The notes: generated by a model not told the origin, from the sequence alone. Numbered from the stretch's first letter, positions 39,261 to 51,981 are shown. The stretch: 63,709 nt of DNA from Paraspadella gotoi (GCA_051294375.1 CM119267.1:10477045-10540753); one strand, 5' to 3'. Translations and numbers: made by a program.

Positions 39261-39936
39261 AGGGGTTGTGGGTTTAAATTTAGTGAACTAATCGTGATGA
39301 ATTTGCATGCGTTTTATTTGTACTTATCAAAAAAAACTTTTAGTCTTCCTTATTTTTTTAGCATTGACATACATATTAAAATATTTACTCTTTTTTTTAA
39401 ACAATCTATTGAGCTTTCTTTTAATTCATGAATATGTGAGTAAGACAACACGTGACATCTCTATAAATTATCGGGATGAAAACGGAAAAAAAAAATCGAA
39501 ACAGGCAGTTATGAAGGCGATGTCTGCTGGGTAATTCAAAAAAGAAAATAAAAACTACTGTACTTTGTAACTAATTTATACATATGTGGCAAATTGTTTT
39601 CATAAAAACGCCCCATGGCGACGTAGCGGATCTCTTTATTTTTCGCGGGAGATCCAAATAAAGCTCGCTGGGTCCACGAATTTGTGCAACATAGATGGCG
39701 CCGTCGTTAGAAAGCAGACGAACTTTTGAGACCCGAGCGCTGACGACGGATCTGCCCCAGGGAGGCAAAAGAAGGGGGCGTTGCCGCCGACCGACCGGTC
39801 ACAACCGAGGGCAGATAAACTCGAGAAAGATTAAAAGTTCCGTCTCGACCAAAAGTAACCGGGCGACCGCTCCAGTCGGCGCAAGAGCCTCGGCTCCAAC
39901 TACGGCTCCTATACGCCCTCTCTCTTTCCCGCTCTT

Positions 39937-42900
39937 TCAATCCTCTTTGTTGGCCTTGAGGTCGTGGTAGAGCTTTTCCACGGGGATGGAGTTGTCGTAG
40001 ATGGCTGGAGCGGAGAGTAGACAGACGATGGTGCCAACGAGGACGATGATGGTGAAAGTCCAGAAGAAGAGTCGATCGATCACGATCCCGATGTAACGCC
40101 AATCGTCTTTTTGCTCAGAGATGAAATCCTCCTGTGAGATTATTGACAGAGATAAGGGAATTGAATTTGTGAAAGATAAGAGTGTGGCAACTGATCAAGT
40201 CACCGACGAAACTAACACGCAAAATCAATCTCTCTCTCTAAGTTTTTATATTTATTCGTACGGCCAAGTGGTCAATTCTTATTTTGTTAATGACTGAAGA
40301 CTTAGGCTAAGTCTTAGCATCTTTTGTTCCCGTTTTCTCTCTGTTTTAATTCTGTTTTGTCTCCGTTTCTTTGACTCGAATGAAATTCATTCTTGCTCTG
40401 AACTTCGTCTCGATTCGTTGCCTCAAGAGCTTCTATAGTTGTTGTGGTTTTGTTTTTGTTTGTTTTCGTATCGTTACAGTCCTTTTATGAACTTAAGTAT
40501 TTTGTTTTGCGAATTTATCATTTATCACACTTTTTTATTGTTGGAATAACCTTCCCGCTTTAACAGCATTCTTTCTCGAGACTCGTCTGCGCCAAGATTT
40601 TGTTACTTTGCGACGCAGCTCCCCCTTCGGACCCAATTTCGTCGTCGTCGTCGTCGTCGTTTCGTTCGTCGTCGTCGTCAATGCAATCACGAACGACTAA
40701 CAATTTTCCCAACCTGCTTGTAATGATTGGCGATGACTGCGAGATCGTTGCAGATATTTCCGACGACCTTCTTCGGGTTCGACTTGGAGACCCTCTTGCT
40801 GCTGAAAACGACCGTCTTGGTTCCTCCCGTCTCGCCGGTTTCGCCGCCGGCCGCGGCAGCTTCCTGCTCCGCCGCGTCGTCGTCGTGCCCCGGCCGCTTC
40901 ATGCGCAGCAGTCGCGGGACGTGTTTGAGGAAGACGACGCGCATCCAATCGGGCATCTCGTGCGTCGTCGGCGATCGAAAGTGGATGTTGAGTTGGACGA
41001 TCGTCAACGCGATCGAGAGGGACACCATGATCAGGACGAACATGAGATATTTTTTCCTGTGGTTTTTGTTGGGGGGTTTTTGGGGGGGGGTCGAGAGTGA
41101 ATAAAAGGAGGAAGAAAAGGATTTTTAGAAATTTCGGGAGGAGGATAAAATTTTTTTAGTGTACAACTCAAAAATTAAAAAGGATCAAATGATTTTTTAC
41201 CCTTATTTTTTCCTCAAAATTTTATTTTTAATATGAAATAAAACCGGATGGGGAAACACCACACACGTTTTGTTTATTAAAGTCACAAAACTTTAAAAAA
41301 TATTATATGACGGGGTTGAATCCTGTTAAGGTTCAATTATTATAATAAATATGATGCAAAAAACATTTTTAGCGGTTTTTTCCCAACACTAAAATTAAAA
41401 CAACCAACCCTAGCTTTTCCTCACCCATAAGCGGGATGACCAGCGAGGTGGGCGGGATGATGTCGGACAGCAGCAAGAAGAAGACGGTGAGCGACAGCAG
41501 CACGGAGATGCAAAGGGTGACTTTCTCGCCGCAGTCGGCGGGTAAGTAAAAGACGCTGGAGGTGAGGGCGGCGATGCAGACGCAGGGGATGATGAGATTG
41601 ATCATGAAGTAGAGCGTCTTTCGACGGATCACCATGGTAACCGTGATGTCCAGGTACTCCTCCACGCAGCAGGGATAAACTTGCTTATGCCTGGTTGAGA
41701 GTGACAGTTGGGTCGTACATAAGGGTACTACTTTAAAGTAGTGAAATGATAGATTGGACGATTCTATGCTACTTGGAAATCACTTTCCAACTTTGAAAAA
41801 AAANNNNNNNNNNAATAATAGTGGAAAATTATTATTTATTTTTTTATTATTCACTGTAGGGTTTTTGTGTCCTCTGTATAATTTCAGATCAAGACCAAAT
41901 TAATCTTAATGTCTTAATAAGATTCCTTCCATATCGAAGAACAGTAATTCAATATCTGGGTACTTCCCCAAATTTTTTTTGACTGTCGTCACTAAGTAAT
42001 AAAATTTAGTTTAAAAGCTCTCGATTCCAGTCAAAGTTTCAAAATATTCCACGACGACCTCACGTCAAAATCCTATTTTTGTTGCAAGCTTGAGAATCGA
42101 CTCGAAAATGACAAACGACGAAATGCCGTTTGGAGCTTTTGAAAAGCCTGGTGTGATAGAAGAGTCACCAAAGGATTCAACAGTCTTCTTCAAAGAAAAC
42201 CGTTTGATTCGGAGGCGAGGTGAGTTGTAGAGAAACTTTTCAGTTGCAATTGCAAATATAGATTCGGTTGTTGTGCAATGTTGCAAACAATGACAAGATC
42301 GAGAAGATAAATATGTGCTAGTACTTTAGAGATAACTCATTAGTTCAAGGTTTTTAATACCAATAATAAAACATCACGTTTTATTTTTTAGGTCTTTTCT
42401 TGCTGAAAATCTCAAAAGCGGTCGCAATTTTCATTATAATCTTTCTTCTTTCCGTCATTCTCTTCACACTTTATGGATATTTAAAAAGGCCAACGATCGA
42501 TGAAGATACAGATAACCTGGTTAAAGTTGAAGAAAGCATGGAATTAAAAGCAAACCCGATTTGCACTGAACACGACTCCACGTCTGATATTCGCCAGAAG
42601 TTTGTCAAAATGGAATCAAGCTTGAATGAAACAAATCACAAAGTCGATATGATGCTCATTGCGTTTGAGGAGTTTAAGAAATCCAATTACCGTGTCACAT
42701 CCACATCTGATGATAATTACCAAAGCAATGAGAAAGTGATAAAAAAAGAATTTACGGATGTTGTGAGCGGAGCAGTGGAAGATCTTCGAAAAGACATTGC
42801 CGTTCTTCTCACAGATATTCAGTTTAACCTAAGTAAAACGAACAACCAATTTGACTTTAAAAATAACGAAATAGTTAATAATATTTCTGCTATCAACAAT

Positions 42901-45900
42901 CAGCTCAATAAATTGCGAAATGATAGTCACGTCAGTGTTCTTTTAAAAATCAATTTATCTCAGAATGAATTTCACTCTAACCTTTCAGCAATCTGACAAA
43001 AAAATACAACCATGTAGTTATACAGTTAGTAAAGATCTAAAAAAGATATTGAATTCGTGAAATTGAATTCGCACTCAACTGATCGAATCTTCCTACTAAA
43101 ATTATTCAATCTTGACGAATAATCGTTGGCATAAAATGCTCCCACTTATTATCTGAACCTCGATCGCGGGGCAGCCGTTCTTCTTATTCTACGCAGTTTA
43201 ACATCTTTTCACTACGGCGATTAAATCTTTTTGTCCACAAATAGACAATCTGAACTTCTTTCCTCTATAAATAATAATAGGACCCGGTTTCTCAGCGTCT
43301 TTTAATGGATTCTCGGCTCGAATGATGCCTCAATTCTTGTCCCCGTTACAGGTAAAATCATAGTATATCCTGTGTTGGATCCACCGGAGTGCTGAACAAC
43401 ATGTTACGACAAGTTATCTCTCCGTGAAAACTGACGAAGAGAATGACCCAGGCATGAGTAGATGGCCTGTGGCGTATTGGCGGTCGTTTAGTACGATTCG
43501 CATAGTCCAGAACGGAAGATGAGTTTCCTTAAATCTTATGACAGCATATTGATTTTGTAACTGTGTATCGAGTGAAGTACTCGCGAGTTTTACTGCCAGA
43601 TTCCTGGTGGAAGGAAAATTGTGGTAGTGGATACAAAACTCCGTGCCTGGGAGAGATTCCATCAGTTTACGAAGCCTATTTTTCACTATAGTAATGGGCG
43701 AAGACATTGGTGTTTTATGACTTTATTTTCTCCTGTTGTATTTAATGAAAAGAAAACGAGCTCATTGATGATTGACCGGAATTAATATGAATCACACTGT
43801 TTTTGCGAAACTTCCTTCGAATCAACAAATTTTAATCGATGCAAACAACCGGCAGAAAGCGATTACTGTGAAAACAAAGGACTGAGGCTTGTGTGCGCAA
43901 GGTTTCCGAAATTCTTGCTATTTTGGATTCAACTAATCCAGCTTCATAGGAGGAAAAGTGAGTGCAAGGAGATTTGCCAAGGAATGGGCGGTTATCTCAC
44001 CGAAATCGAAGGCCCAGGGGAAAATGAATGGTTAGCAAATCATTTATCCGATAAAGGCGATTTTTGGATAGGAGCAAGCAACGTCAACGATTTTCGGAGA
44101 AGTGGATCGAATATCGGTGAATGGCACTGGAGTAAAAGTGAAACTTTGTTAAAGAATAGCTTTTCTGCTTTAGAAGATCGTTTGGTTACAATTAGGTATC
44201 ATTTCACTCATCGCGGTTTAATATTTAAGACAACTCCAACAAGTTCAAAAGGAGTATGGATTTTTCAAGAATTTTGGCACTGGAATAAATTCATCTGCGA
44301 AATTCCAAAAAAATTTTCAAATAAATTTTATCACATCTCGCCGATATTGTCACATCCTGGCGTACAAATTAAAAGATTAAATTTTTACGGGATTTTTTCC
44401 TTTCTTTATTTCTTTGTTATTTCATCCTAGCGAGAAACTTTTTCGAAACAAAGGATACTTGTTCTCGGGCAACTTGTTTTCGAGTTTTTCGGTTTGGAGT
44501 ATTTAAGTTTTATAAAACATTAACACATACACTACTATGTTCATTGTTAACTGTTAGAATCAGTTGAAACAAGGCATCCAGCGAATGCCTGCGATATTAC
44601 GCTTCATTTGCGTATTTGTGCCTCTTGGAGCAGCTAATTCAGCGCCGACGTTGGAATTTCCCCCGCGGTGTCTTCTTTTGCAATTGCATGTAGATTACAG
44701 GTGTAATTTTTCTTCATTAGCAGATGATTGTAATTTTTTTGACATCTATTACTTTATTTTGACTTAAAAACATACCAACGGCAATATGCTTCTATTATCA
44801 TCGGCAATACAGTGAATCTCACCCGAAGACTACAAGTATGATTGCGCCTCAATTAATTGAAGCATTGACGACTACCATTGCAATGTGTATCGAATCAACA
44901 AAAACATCAAGTTATACAAATCTCAAAACCTTTCACGTATGAACTTTCGAAATTTCCAAAAACTGCCTACATCGCGGGTTCGGTACAACGTTGCAATTAA
45001 AGAAAAAAGGACTCTTGTCCACTATTGTTCAGTTGTTACTTAAATGTTATTGACTTACTTTGTACCCCAACACAAATTAGGCCGAACGAAGATTGAGTTT
45101 ACAAACCATCTCCACCCTCGTTTTTAATGATAAATGCGTACCATTTTGGCAACTTTAGCCAAAACAAATTATTGTCGCATTTTTGCCTCCATTTTTACTT
45201 GACGACGTTCTGATCTTTGCATGCCAAGGAAGGTTGGAAAATTTTATACTTTGGAATCCGTTTATTCTCATCTTCTTCTACCTCTGGTACAATTTCATTA
45301 GCTATAAATCATTTATAGTTTGCCTCATGCAATAATTTTAAAGTTAACAAGTCAAAAAGTTAGGAGTTTCAGTCTTTAGTTCATAACTTTGTTAAAACAC
45401 AAATAAATTTAAATTGGTTGAAATTAACAGCAAAATATAGCCTATTGAATAATTTGTAACACCTATAAAAATTATCAATAAAACTTTTCTGGGTTGTAGC
45501 CAACAAATAATTTTTAAAAGACGTCTTTTTAATTTGTGACTTTTTGTTGACTTTGGCTTTATTTTTTGATAAGAGCATTTCTTCAAATCATTTATTAGTT
45601 TTAAAGTGAGCGTACATACTGACCTTGAATGAATTCAAAAAAACCGCTTGTCCTTTTAATCCACTGGAAGCTCAGGGACTTGTTTTTTCTCAAATCGACA
45701 GATTTTGGCGGAAAATTTTTCCGCAAAATCTGCGTCGAATTTTACTAAATTTGCTAGGCAACGCAACATTGAAGAAAATCACGCACCGCTACCGCTTGAT
45801 TTTCTTTCTGTATAATGCCCATTTTAATATTTTCTTTTATGATTTGGGACTCAATGCTAACGTTGTGAGGGAAGATCGAAAGAGAAAACAAGAAAAGAGA

Positions 45901-48900
45901 AGAGGCAGAAATAAAAGACAGGCGGAAAGGCAAAAAAAAAGAAGGCAATGGGGAGAAAAAAGTGAGACAAATACAGGTAGAAAGTGAGGGGAAATTTGGA
46001 AGAAAAGAGGTGGAACAAGAAAGGGAAAGGAGAAGGAGAGACAAAATGTTTGAGGAAAGTCCATGCAGTGGCCAGAAAAAGGTTAGGGCAAAAATGGTAA
46101 GTGACAGAGTTTGAGAAGTAAAGGGAGGAAAGAGGGAAGAGGAAATATAAGAAAAGAGAAGAAAAAAGTGAAAGAAAAGATCCGGAAAGCGATATTGAAG
46201 AAAACAAAATTGTATCAGATATGTGCGTCTAACCTAAAACTTCTGTATGTAAGTAAAAGACGCGTGAGATTCTTATGAGGGGGAATTCGATCTTAAAAAG
46301 ATCTATCACCATTAAAAATGTCGAACTACTCTATATCTAAAATTATTGCAGTTAATGGGTGATCGTAGATAAACATCATTGAAGAAATCATGTCTTACCG
46401 TGATTTTTAATCCAGAATTTACCCTGGGAAGTTTCTAAGTGATAAGAAGGAGATAAACTTGTAGACTACGTTTTTTTTAATTGAAGGTAAGCTTCATACT
46501 AACTACGTGAGGATCAGAAAGATGGTAATTTATTGAAGTTCAGATCGGTTGTCTAAAAACAATCGATCGTAGGGAGCCCGCCGGCGAGACGACAAATGGA
46601 AATCAAACGTTCAAATTTCTTTACAATCGCATATCGTGCCAAACCTTTTCCGAATTAAAACTGCAAGACATAAATGCAGGGAGCGGAAGATGTTTTGTTG
46701 GTGTTCAAATGAACCGACAGTAGAATTTAAAAGTTGTTTAGAAGATCAAAGAAACTGAGCGAAAAGATGTGTTTGTGACAATTTCGTTGACCGCCCGAGG
46801 AAGAAAAGTGCGCGAAAGAAAGAAAAAAATTAAAATCTCGAGGAAGAGAGAAAAACTGAAGAGGCAGACATTCACGATGAAAAAGCTTTAAAAAAAATGA
46901 GAATTGATTGATTGAATATGTAGAAGAGTTTTCTCGCTTCATACTCCTACAACGAAATCTGATACAAAACTTGTTGTCTTGAACGAGTGGAACAACCAAT
47001 TTCTAGACGCCGAAGGCTCTCAAAAGAATCAGACCGTCGCAAAGTGAAATTCCTAACAAAATTCCGCCATTGCGAAAATCGATAAAAATGTGTAAAACAG
47101 GAATATTACCGATACTTTGTTTACCTTAAAGTCGAATATCATTGTTCAGACGTACAAGCAGTTGCCGGAGTTGATTTTACCGGGCTTAGAAACTCTTCCA
47201 TCTTCCCTGGAAATTTTATGAGCAAGACCAAAATGATCATTGATATAGATACAGCCGCCAGATTCGGCCAACCAATCGACCGCGAAACTAAGAAGTCCGA
47301 CAGTTATTGCCCTTGATTCAAATCGTTTCTCGAAAAAAATTATTAATTCGGATTCAAAAACGTCAATTACATAACCACGATGATGGCCTCCAAAACGCAA
47401 CTAGAGTGACTTTATCTCCAAAAATATGGCCGATGAAACAGAAATTAAAATTCGGCACCAATAAATGAACTTAGAGGCAGAACGCTCTGTAGGTTCGAGT
47501 AAACATTATGAGTTGAAAATTCGCCTGCAGTGCAAAAAAATCTTTCAAATGCCTCAAACTGACTCATGTTTTTATGAAAGTCACGATGCATCCTTACGGA
47601 AAACATTTCGAGTTTATTCGTTCAAATGGAGACAGAAAGTTACTGCCTGCCTTAGTCTTCAGCAATGGAAAAAAACAGGATCAATCGCCGAAAAGAAAAG
47701 GATATTGCCAAAATGAGATCCAGCAAGTTAGCTTGGATAACGTTCGAAACGCTGACCTTGAAAATTAAAACTCTGGGAGGTTCCGTTCGTTTCATACTGA
47801 GAAAGTTAGAAATATACCGGTAGAAGTAGATGAGTTTCTAGAAGCAGAGAAAGTTGAAAGACGTATATTTGGTTGAAGTTCGTCTATGCACGCACGATTC
47901 TTGCATTTTCTTTCCTAAAAAAAAACTCACACAATTTTTCGTCTTAAAGCAGAACTTTTAAAAAAATTTAACATTCCAAAAGCTGTACAGCGATAACCTT
48001 AAAATTTACCGTTTGACAAGGTTACATATAGAAAGCATGTCCGAAATGAATTGACATTTGTTAATGCTCTTGACTGTTTTAAATTAAAGCGCATGACATG
48101 CAATTTTAGCCTACCGATAAACACCTTACTTCATTCTCGGTTGTTCTTTTCACTTTTTGCTAGAAGTTGAGATAATTAGAGTAATTAGCTTACTATAAAA
48201 TACGGTTACCTAGTGGTTTAGTTATATCCAGTTCATATTAACTATAATAGATCAAGAGATACGAAATAGCTTAGCATTAAAATAGTAATATTCGTCATAG
48301 ACATTAAGCAAAAAAACCTTTATTACTTTATACTAATTTTTCAATTTTAGTTCAGTTCACCTAATTTGCATCATTACAGCTAGCGTTCAATGGGTTCCGC
48401 CGTGTTAATTTGTTAGTTTTATCTTCGGTCGCTATATTCCTTAAATTCATCTTGTTTTATACTTCTACGTATTTTTTTAAAACCGACTCTCTAGTTCAAA
48501 CAATATTATTTCGTTTTTTTAAGGTATTCCATCCTTCCCCTATTTATAAAAAAAGTTCTTGTTTTGATAAAACGCCGAAATAAATACCGTAATGTCAATT
48601 GGCACGTTTTCTGGACAAACGTACCAGTCCGGCATGGCGGTGTTTTCATCCTAGAGAGAAAACTCTCTTAGTCTCGACCTCTTCTACTCTGAAGCATTTT
48701 TGAAAACTGGTGGAGTACAGATTACTCCTGAATCTTCCATAGAGCCAATTATCTAAAAGAATGTTGTGAGGACCAAAGAGCTTGTGCGATTACATTTCCG
48801 CGACACATTATGATACGTATAGTGCCATTGGAATTCATGGAAGAAGACGCCCCCTCCAATGGAATTTTGGTTGATATGTGATACGGGGTTCAAATCCGAA

Positions 48901-51383
48901 TTTCTTTGCACACCGACCCATGCATCGCGTTTTTCGCTCCCGCTCGTCACAGTATCTGGTTTCGGCATTTCAACGTTCGTTTTCCTTCAACAACTGAAAC
49001 AGCCCCCCGTTCAACAAGTCAATGCGGGAGGATTTTTTGGGCGGAGAAAGGTTCTCTATGCAAAAGCAAGATGAGCCCATAGCCCAAATTTTCTTGGCGG
49101 CTTCGACAGATTTTCTTTCGTCCTATCATATAGAGTATCGAATGTCGGCAGGGCACAATCCGAAATTGTTTTTACAAAAAGCCTCTGACCGTTGCACCTT
49201 ATCGATTTTGAGCATAACGAAATTGAAAACATTTGTTTTGGTGGCAAAGATCCCCGTGCGAACACGAGACACAGACAGCGCGAAGACTGATATTAGGGAG
49301 TCCTTAGTTGNNNNNNNNNNNNNNNNNNNNNNNNNAAACGTCAATTGACATTACGTATTATTTCGGCGTTATCAAACAAGACTTTTTTATAAAGTTTATT
49401 ATTTGTAAGTATGTATTTAGATTTGTACGAAATGGTAGATGTAGATAGAGCTCCGACTTTTAAAATGATTTACTTTTATTCGTTAACTATGAAGATGAAT
49501 ACTTCATAGGAATTATATTATCCACTAATATTTTGAAGTTTTACTTCGAAATAATGATCAGTAGTGGTAACTCACGTTTGAATTTATTACGCGGTGTTTA
49601 TACGACTATAGGAATTTATTTTCGCTTTCCTCACGGTACAGAGCGCACAGACGACTTGATTAAGCCCATTTGATTTGAGAGATATGAGTTCATTGGTATT
49701 TCTTAATTATTATTTTACAAATACTACTTTTTTTCTCATGATAGCATCTCATTAGGCAGCTAATAAAAAAAAGGCGATCAGAGAGCATATTTTTTTCGCT
49801 CCGTTAAAAATAACTGACCACTCGGCGACGCAGGACATCAAGTCCCACTCCCCGTTGACGTAATACTCGGAGAGATCGAGTCCGATCTCTATGACTGGAC
49901 TCTCTTCGGTCTGATCGATGTGACGGAGCAGCACCTGTCCGCCGTCGTAGGTCCAGGTGCCGAACTTGAGCGAACAGGACTAAATAAAGAATGTGGTTTT
50001 TTTTTTTTAGAACAAATTTTAAAACGAAAATGAATAGAATTATTAGTTAACGACATGGAGAAAAAGAGCAAAATTTAGCTATGACTTTGGTTCGTAATTA
50101 AAAATGCTGCTTCTTGACTAGAGATTAGTAATGATTCCGAAACCCAAGTTTCTTTAATATTCAAGAAAAAGTCAAAAGCTTTAAGCGTATTATTTCACGT
50201 AAGTTTAAAAGTTACTTTAGTTTTAGTTTATGTGCCATACTACTTGGTCAACCTGATCCCAACAACCTGAATGTCAAAAGGAAAGAACTCGACGTCGATC
50301 TCGCAGTAACTCTTGTAGATGGCGGGCGGCTCCCAGATGATTTTACCATCGTATCGAACCATCGCTTTCGTCATGATCACAATCTGGAAACGGAGAGGTG
50401 GACATTGGACAAGGGATGTCTCTTTGGGCAATTATTTATCGTAATATGTATTGAGAAAGCATCTAGTTCAACGCGGGGTCCTTCGCTCACGCCCACCTAA
50501 CTCGCCCTAGGTATGAAATCTCTACGGCGTTACCTGGTAGTTTCCTTCGGCGTTGTTGTACAAGACTATATCCGGACGCCAGATGGATTCCGCAGGGACG
50601 CTCACGGCTTCGATCCCTCCGTAATCTTTCGGGTTCCACTGAATCGAAACAAAGTTGTTTTTGCATCGTTAAATGTTTTATTTTCGATTTGTTTTTTTGT
50701 TTTTGGTATTATTTATTTACTTTGAGATTCTCGTCCGTCCACTCGTGTCGCATCCAGAAATTCGTGGCTAAGATTTGGTTTTTTTCGTCGACGTCAGCGA
50801 TTCGCCGTCAACCTGCAAAGATATTCATTTAAAACTATCTCGTTAGAAAATGAAAATGCTATTCAACTTTGGATAAGTAATAGATAATAAAACTTTGAAA
50901 ACAATTTTGAAAGCTTTACTCGTCAATATCACAAAAAATGGTTCGCTTGAGCTGAGAACGCAATCAATCTGGAGCCAGGAAATTATCTCCTAAATTATTA
51001 AACATCCTCACTCAGAGGCTCACCTCAGCCCAAGTCGCACGTCCAGCTTCTCGATGTAGTTTTTGACGGGACGAACGCGATGATCGTACTTGGAGTACGG
51101 GCCTGTGGAATTCGTTTTAGAGAATTAAGTGCTTAATTGATTGAGAACTTACAGACTGCAGACGTGGCTCTGAGGTGCCCATTACAATTTACGGCTGTAA
51201 AGTCTATAAATTTCAAAATTTGAACGATTAAAGTTTTGAAAATGATGCTTTGACTCTGATCAACTTCGTCCGATCAGAGAACTCACCCAATAGATCCCTG
51301 TACAGTCTCGCCGAGTTGGAGCAGGCCGCCCCGCCCATCGTCGCCACCAGCGCCGCCGCCAACAACTGTAACCGGAGATCCAT
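39937..51383 (-). CDS. Nicotinic acetylcholine receptor alpha subunit (cation-selective Cys-loop channel), 9 exons
   Basis: Exons 51383-51287, 51102-51024, 50812-50721, 50638-50534, 50383-50267, 49979-49819, 41690-41425, 41056-40714, 40131-39937, all GT-AG. Signal peptide, [10 protein letters not shown], Cys-loop [15 protein letters not shown], loop B WTYDG, loop C YPCCVEEY (vicinal Cys defines alpha), GEK before TM2, TM4 [15 protein letters not shown]. Apparent frameshifts near 50800 and 41050. Confidence 0.95.
42108..44430 (+). CDS. Type II transmembrane C-type lectin-like gene, antisense-nested in nAChR intron 6, apparently disrupted
   Basis: Exon 42108-42219 splices in frame (GT-AG) to 42392, giving a cytoplasmic tail, TM helix [19 protein letters not shown] and a coiled-coil neck to 42996. 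The CTLD at ~43892-44305 reads [38 protein letters not shown]. Stops, frameshifts and a ~600-bp insert lie between neck and CTLD. Confidence 0.7.
43200..43707 (-). pseudogene. Possible highly divergent T-box-like remnant inserted in the lectin gene
   Basis: ORF 43707-43414 and its in-frame continuation give [26 protein letters not shown] and [15 protein letters not shown], in T-box motif order (GTEMII, FPTLRV, LDP..Y, GHIILNSMHKY). By eye only. Confidence 0.25.
44431..46660 (+). pseudogene. Divergent T-box domain gene remnant interrupted by the 1.6-kb element
   Basis: Frame-shifted pieces in T-box order: SKQ(G)..[30 protein letters not shown] and, after removing the insertion, [16 protein letters not shown]...FKFLYN..YRAKPF (compare FPETxFIAV...LKIxxNPFAKGF). 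Confidence 0.5.
44976..46578 (-). mobile_element. ~1.6-kb non-autonomous DNA transposon-like element, copy 2
   Basis: Inverted match to 11263-12868. Ends GGGTTCGGTACAACG...CGATCGTAGGGAGCC, flanked by CGC on both sides. Removing it with one CGC restores a reading frame. Confidence 0.7.
47405..48050 (+). pseudogene. Possible second plus-strand T-box-like remnant
   Basis: Fragments in order: [47 protein letters not shown]...[13 protein letters not shown] (compare KxGR, YxLL, VYIHPDS, VSFDKLKL, IILNSMHKY, TQFIAV, ITQLKI). Several frameshifts are needed. Confidence 0.3.
48600..49180 (-). pseudogene. Degenerate C-type lectin domain
   Basis: Minus-strand fragments in CTLD order: [49 protein letters not shown]. 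Frameshifted and truncated by a gap. Confidence 0.4.
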
Positions 51384-51888
51384 TCTCGTACGCGGAAAGA
51401 AAATTGGGTCGATTCGTTTGTTTTAGTTTTTAGTTTGTTTAGCTTTTTTTTATTTTTCTTCTCTGTATCGTCGACTAACGGATACGCGGCGACGCCAACG
51501 ACGACGACTGGACGACGACAACAACGACGACGAGCGTCAGTCCCACTGCCCTCTACCGTTTCATCCCGACATTTTAACGTTCGCTCTTCGGTCGGCCAGG
51601 TTGGGCCGCCCAAACTTTTTCCGTGACGAAAGGCCCAACTTCGTGTCGCAATTTTAAGCTTTCGAAGTTCAGTGAGTCGCTTCAGTTTCGATGATTGTTT
51701 ATCACGTCTGTTTGTTTCAGTTTGCTGGTTTTGTTTTGTTTGTTTTTTTTTTTTGCTGATTATATCGAGTAATTCTCGCCCGTGGAGTTCTCGCAGTGAA
51801 GAATTTTTAAGGATTCGTAATGCAGAGATTTCGTGAACATCTCATTGTCGAGCGGCAATCTTCGTGAGCGGTGAGAGTCATATTTTCG

Positions 51889-51981
<93 letters not shown>

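Noticed and set aside
36891-39291. Overlapping and antisense ORFs within GART
   Set aside because: Shadow frames of GC-rich coding sequence.
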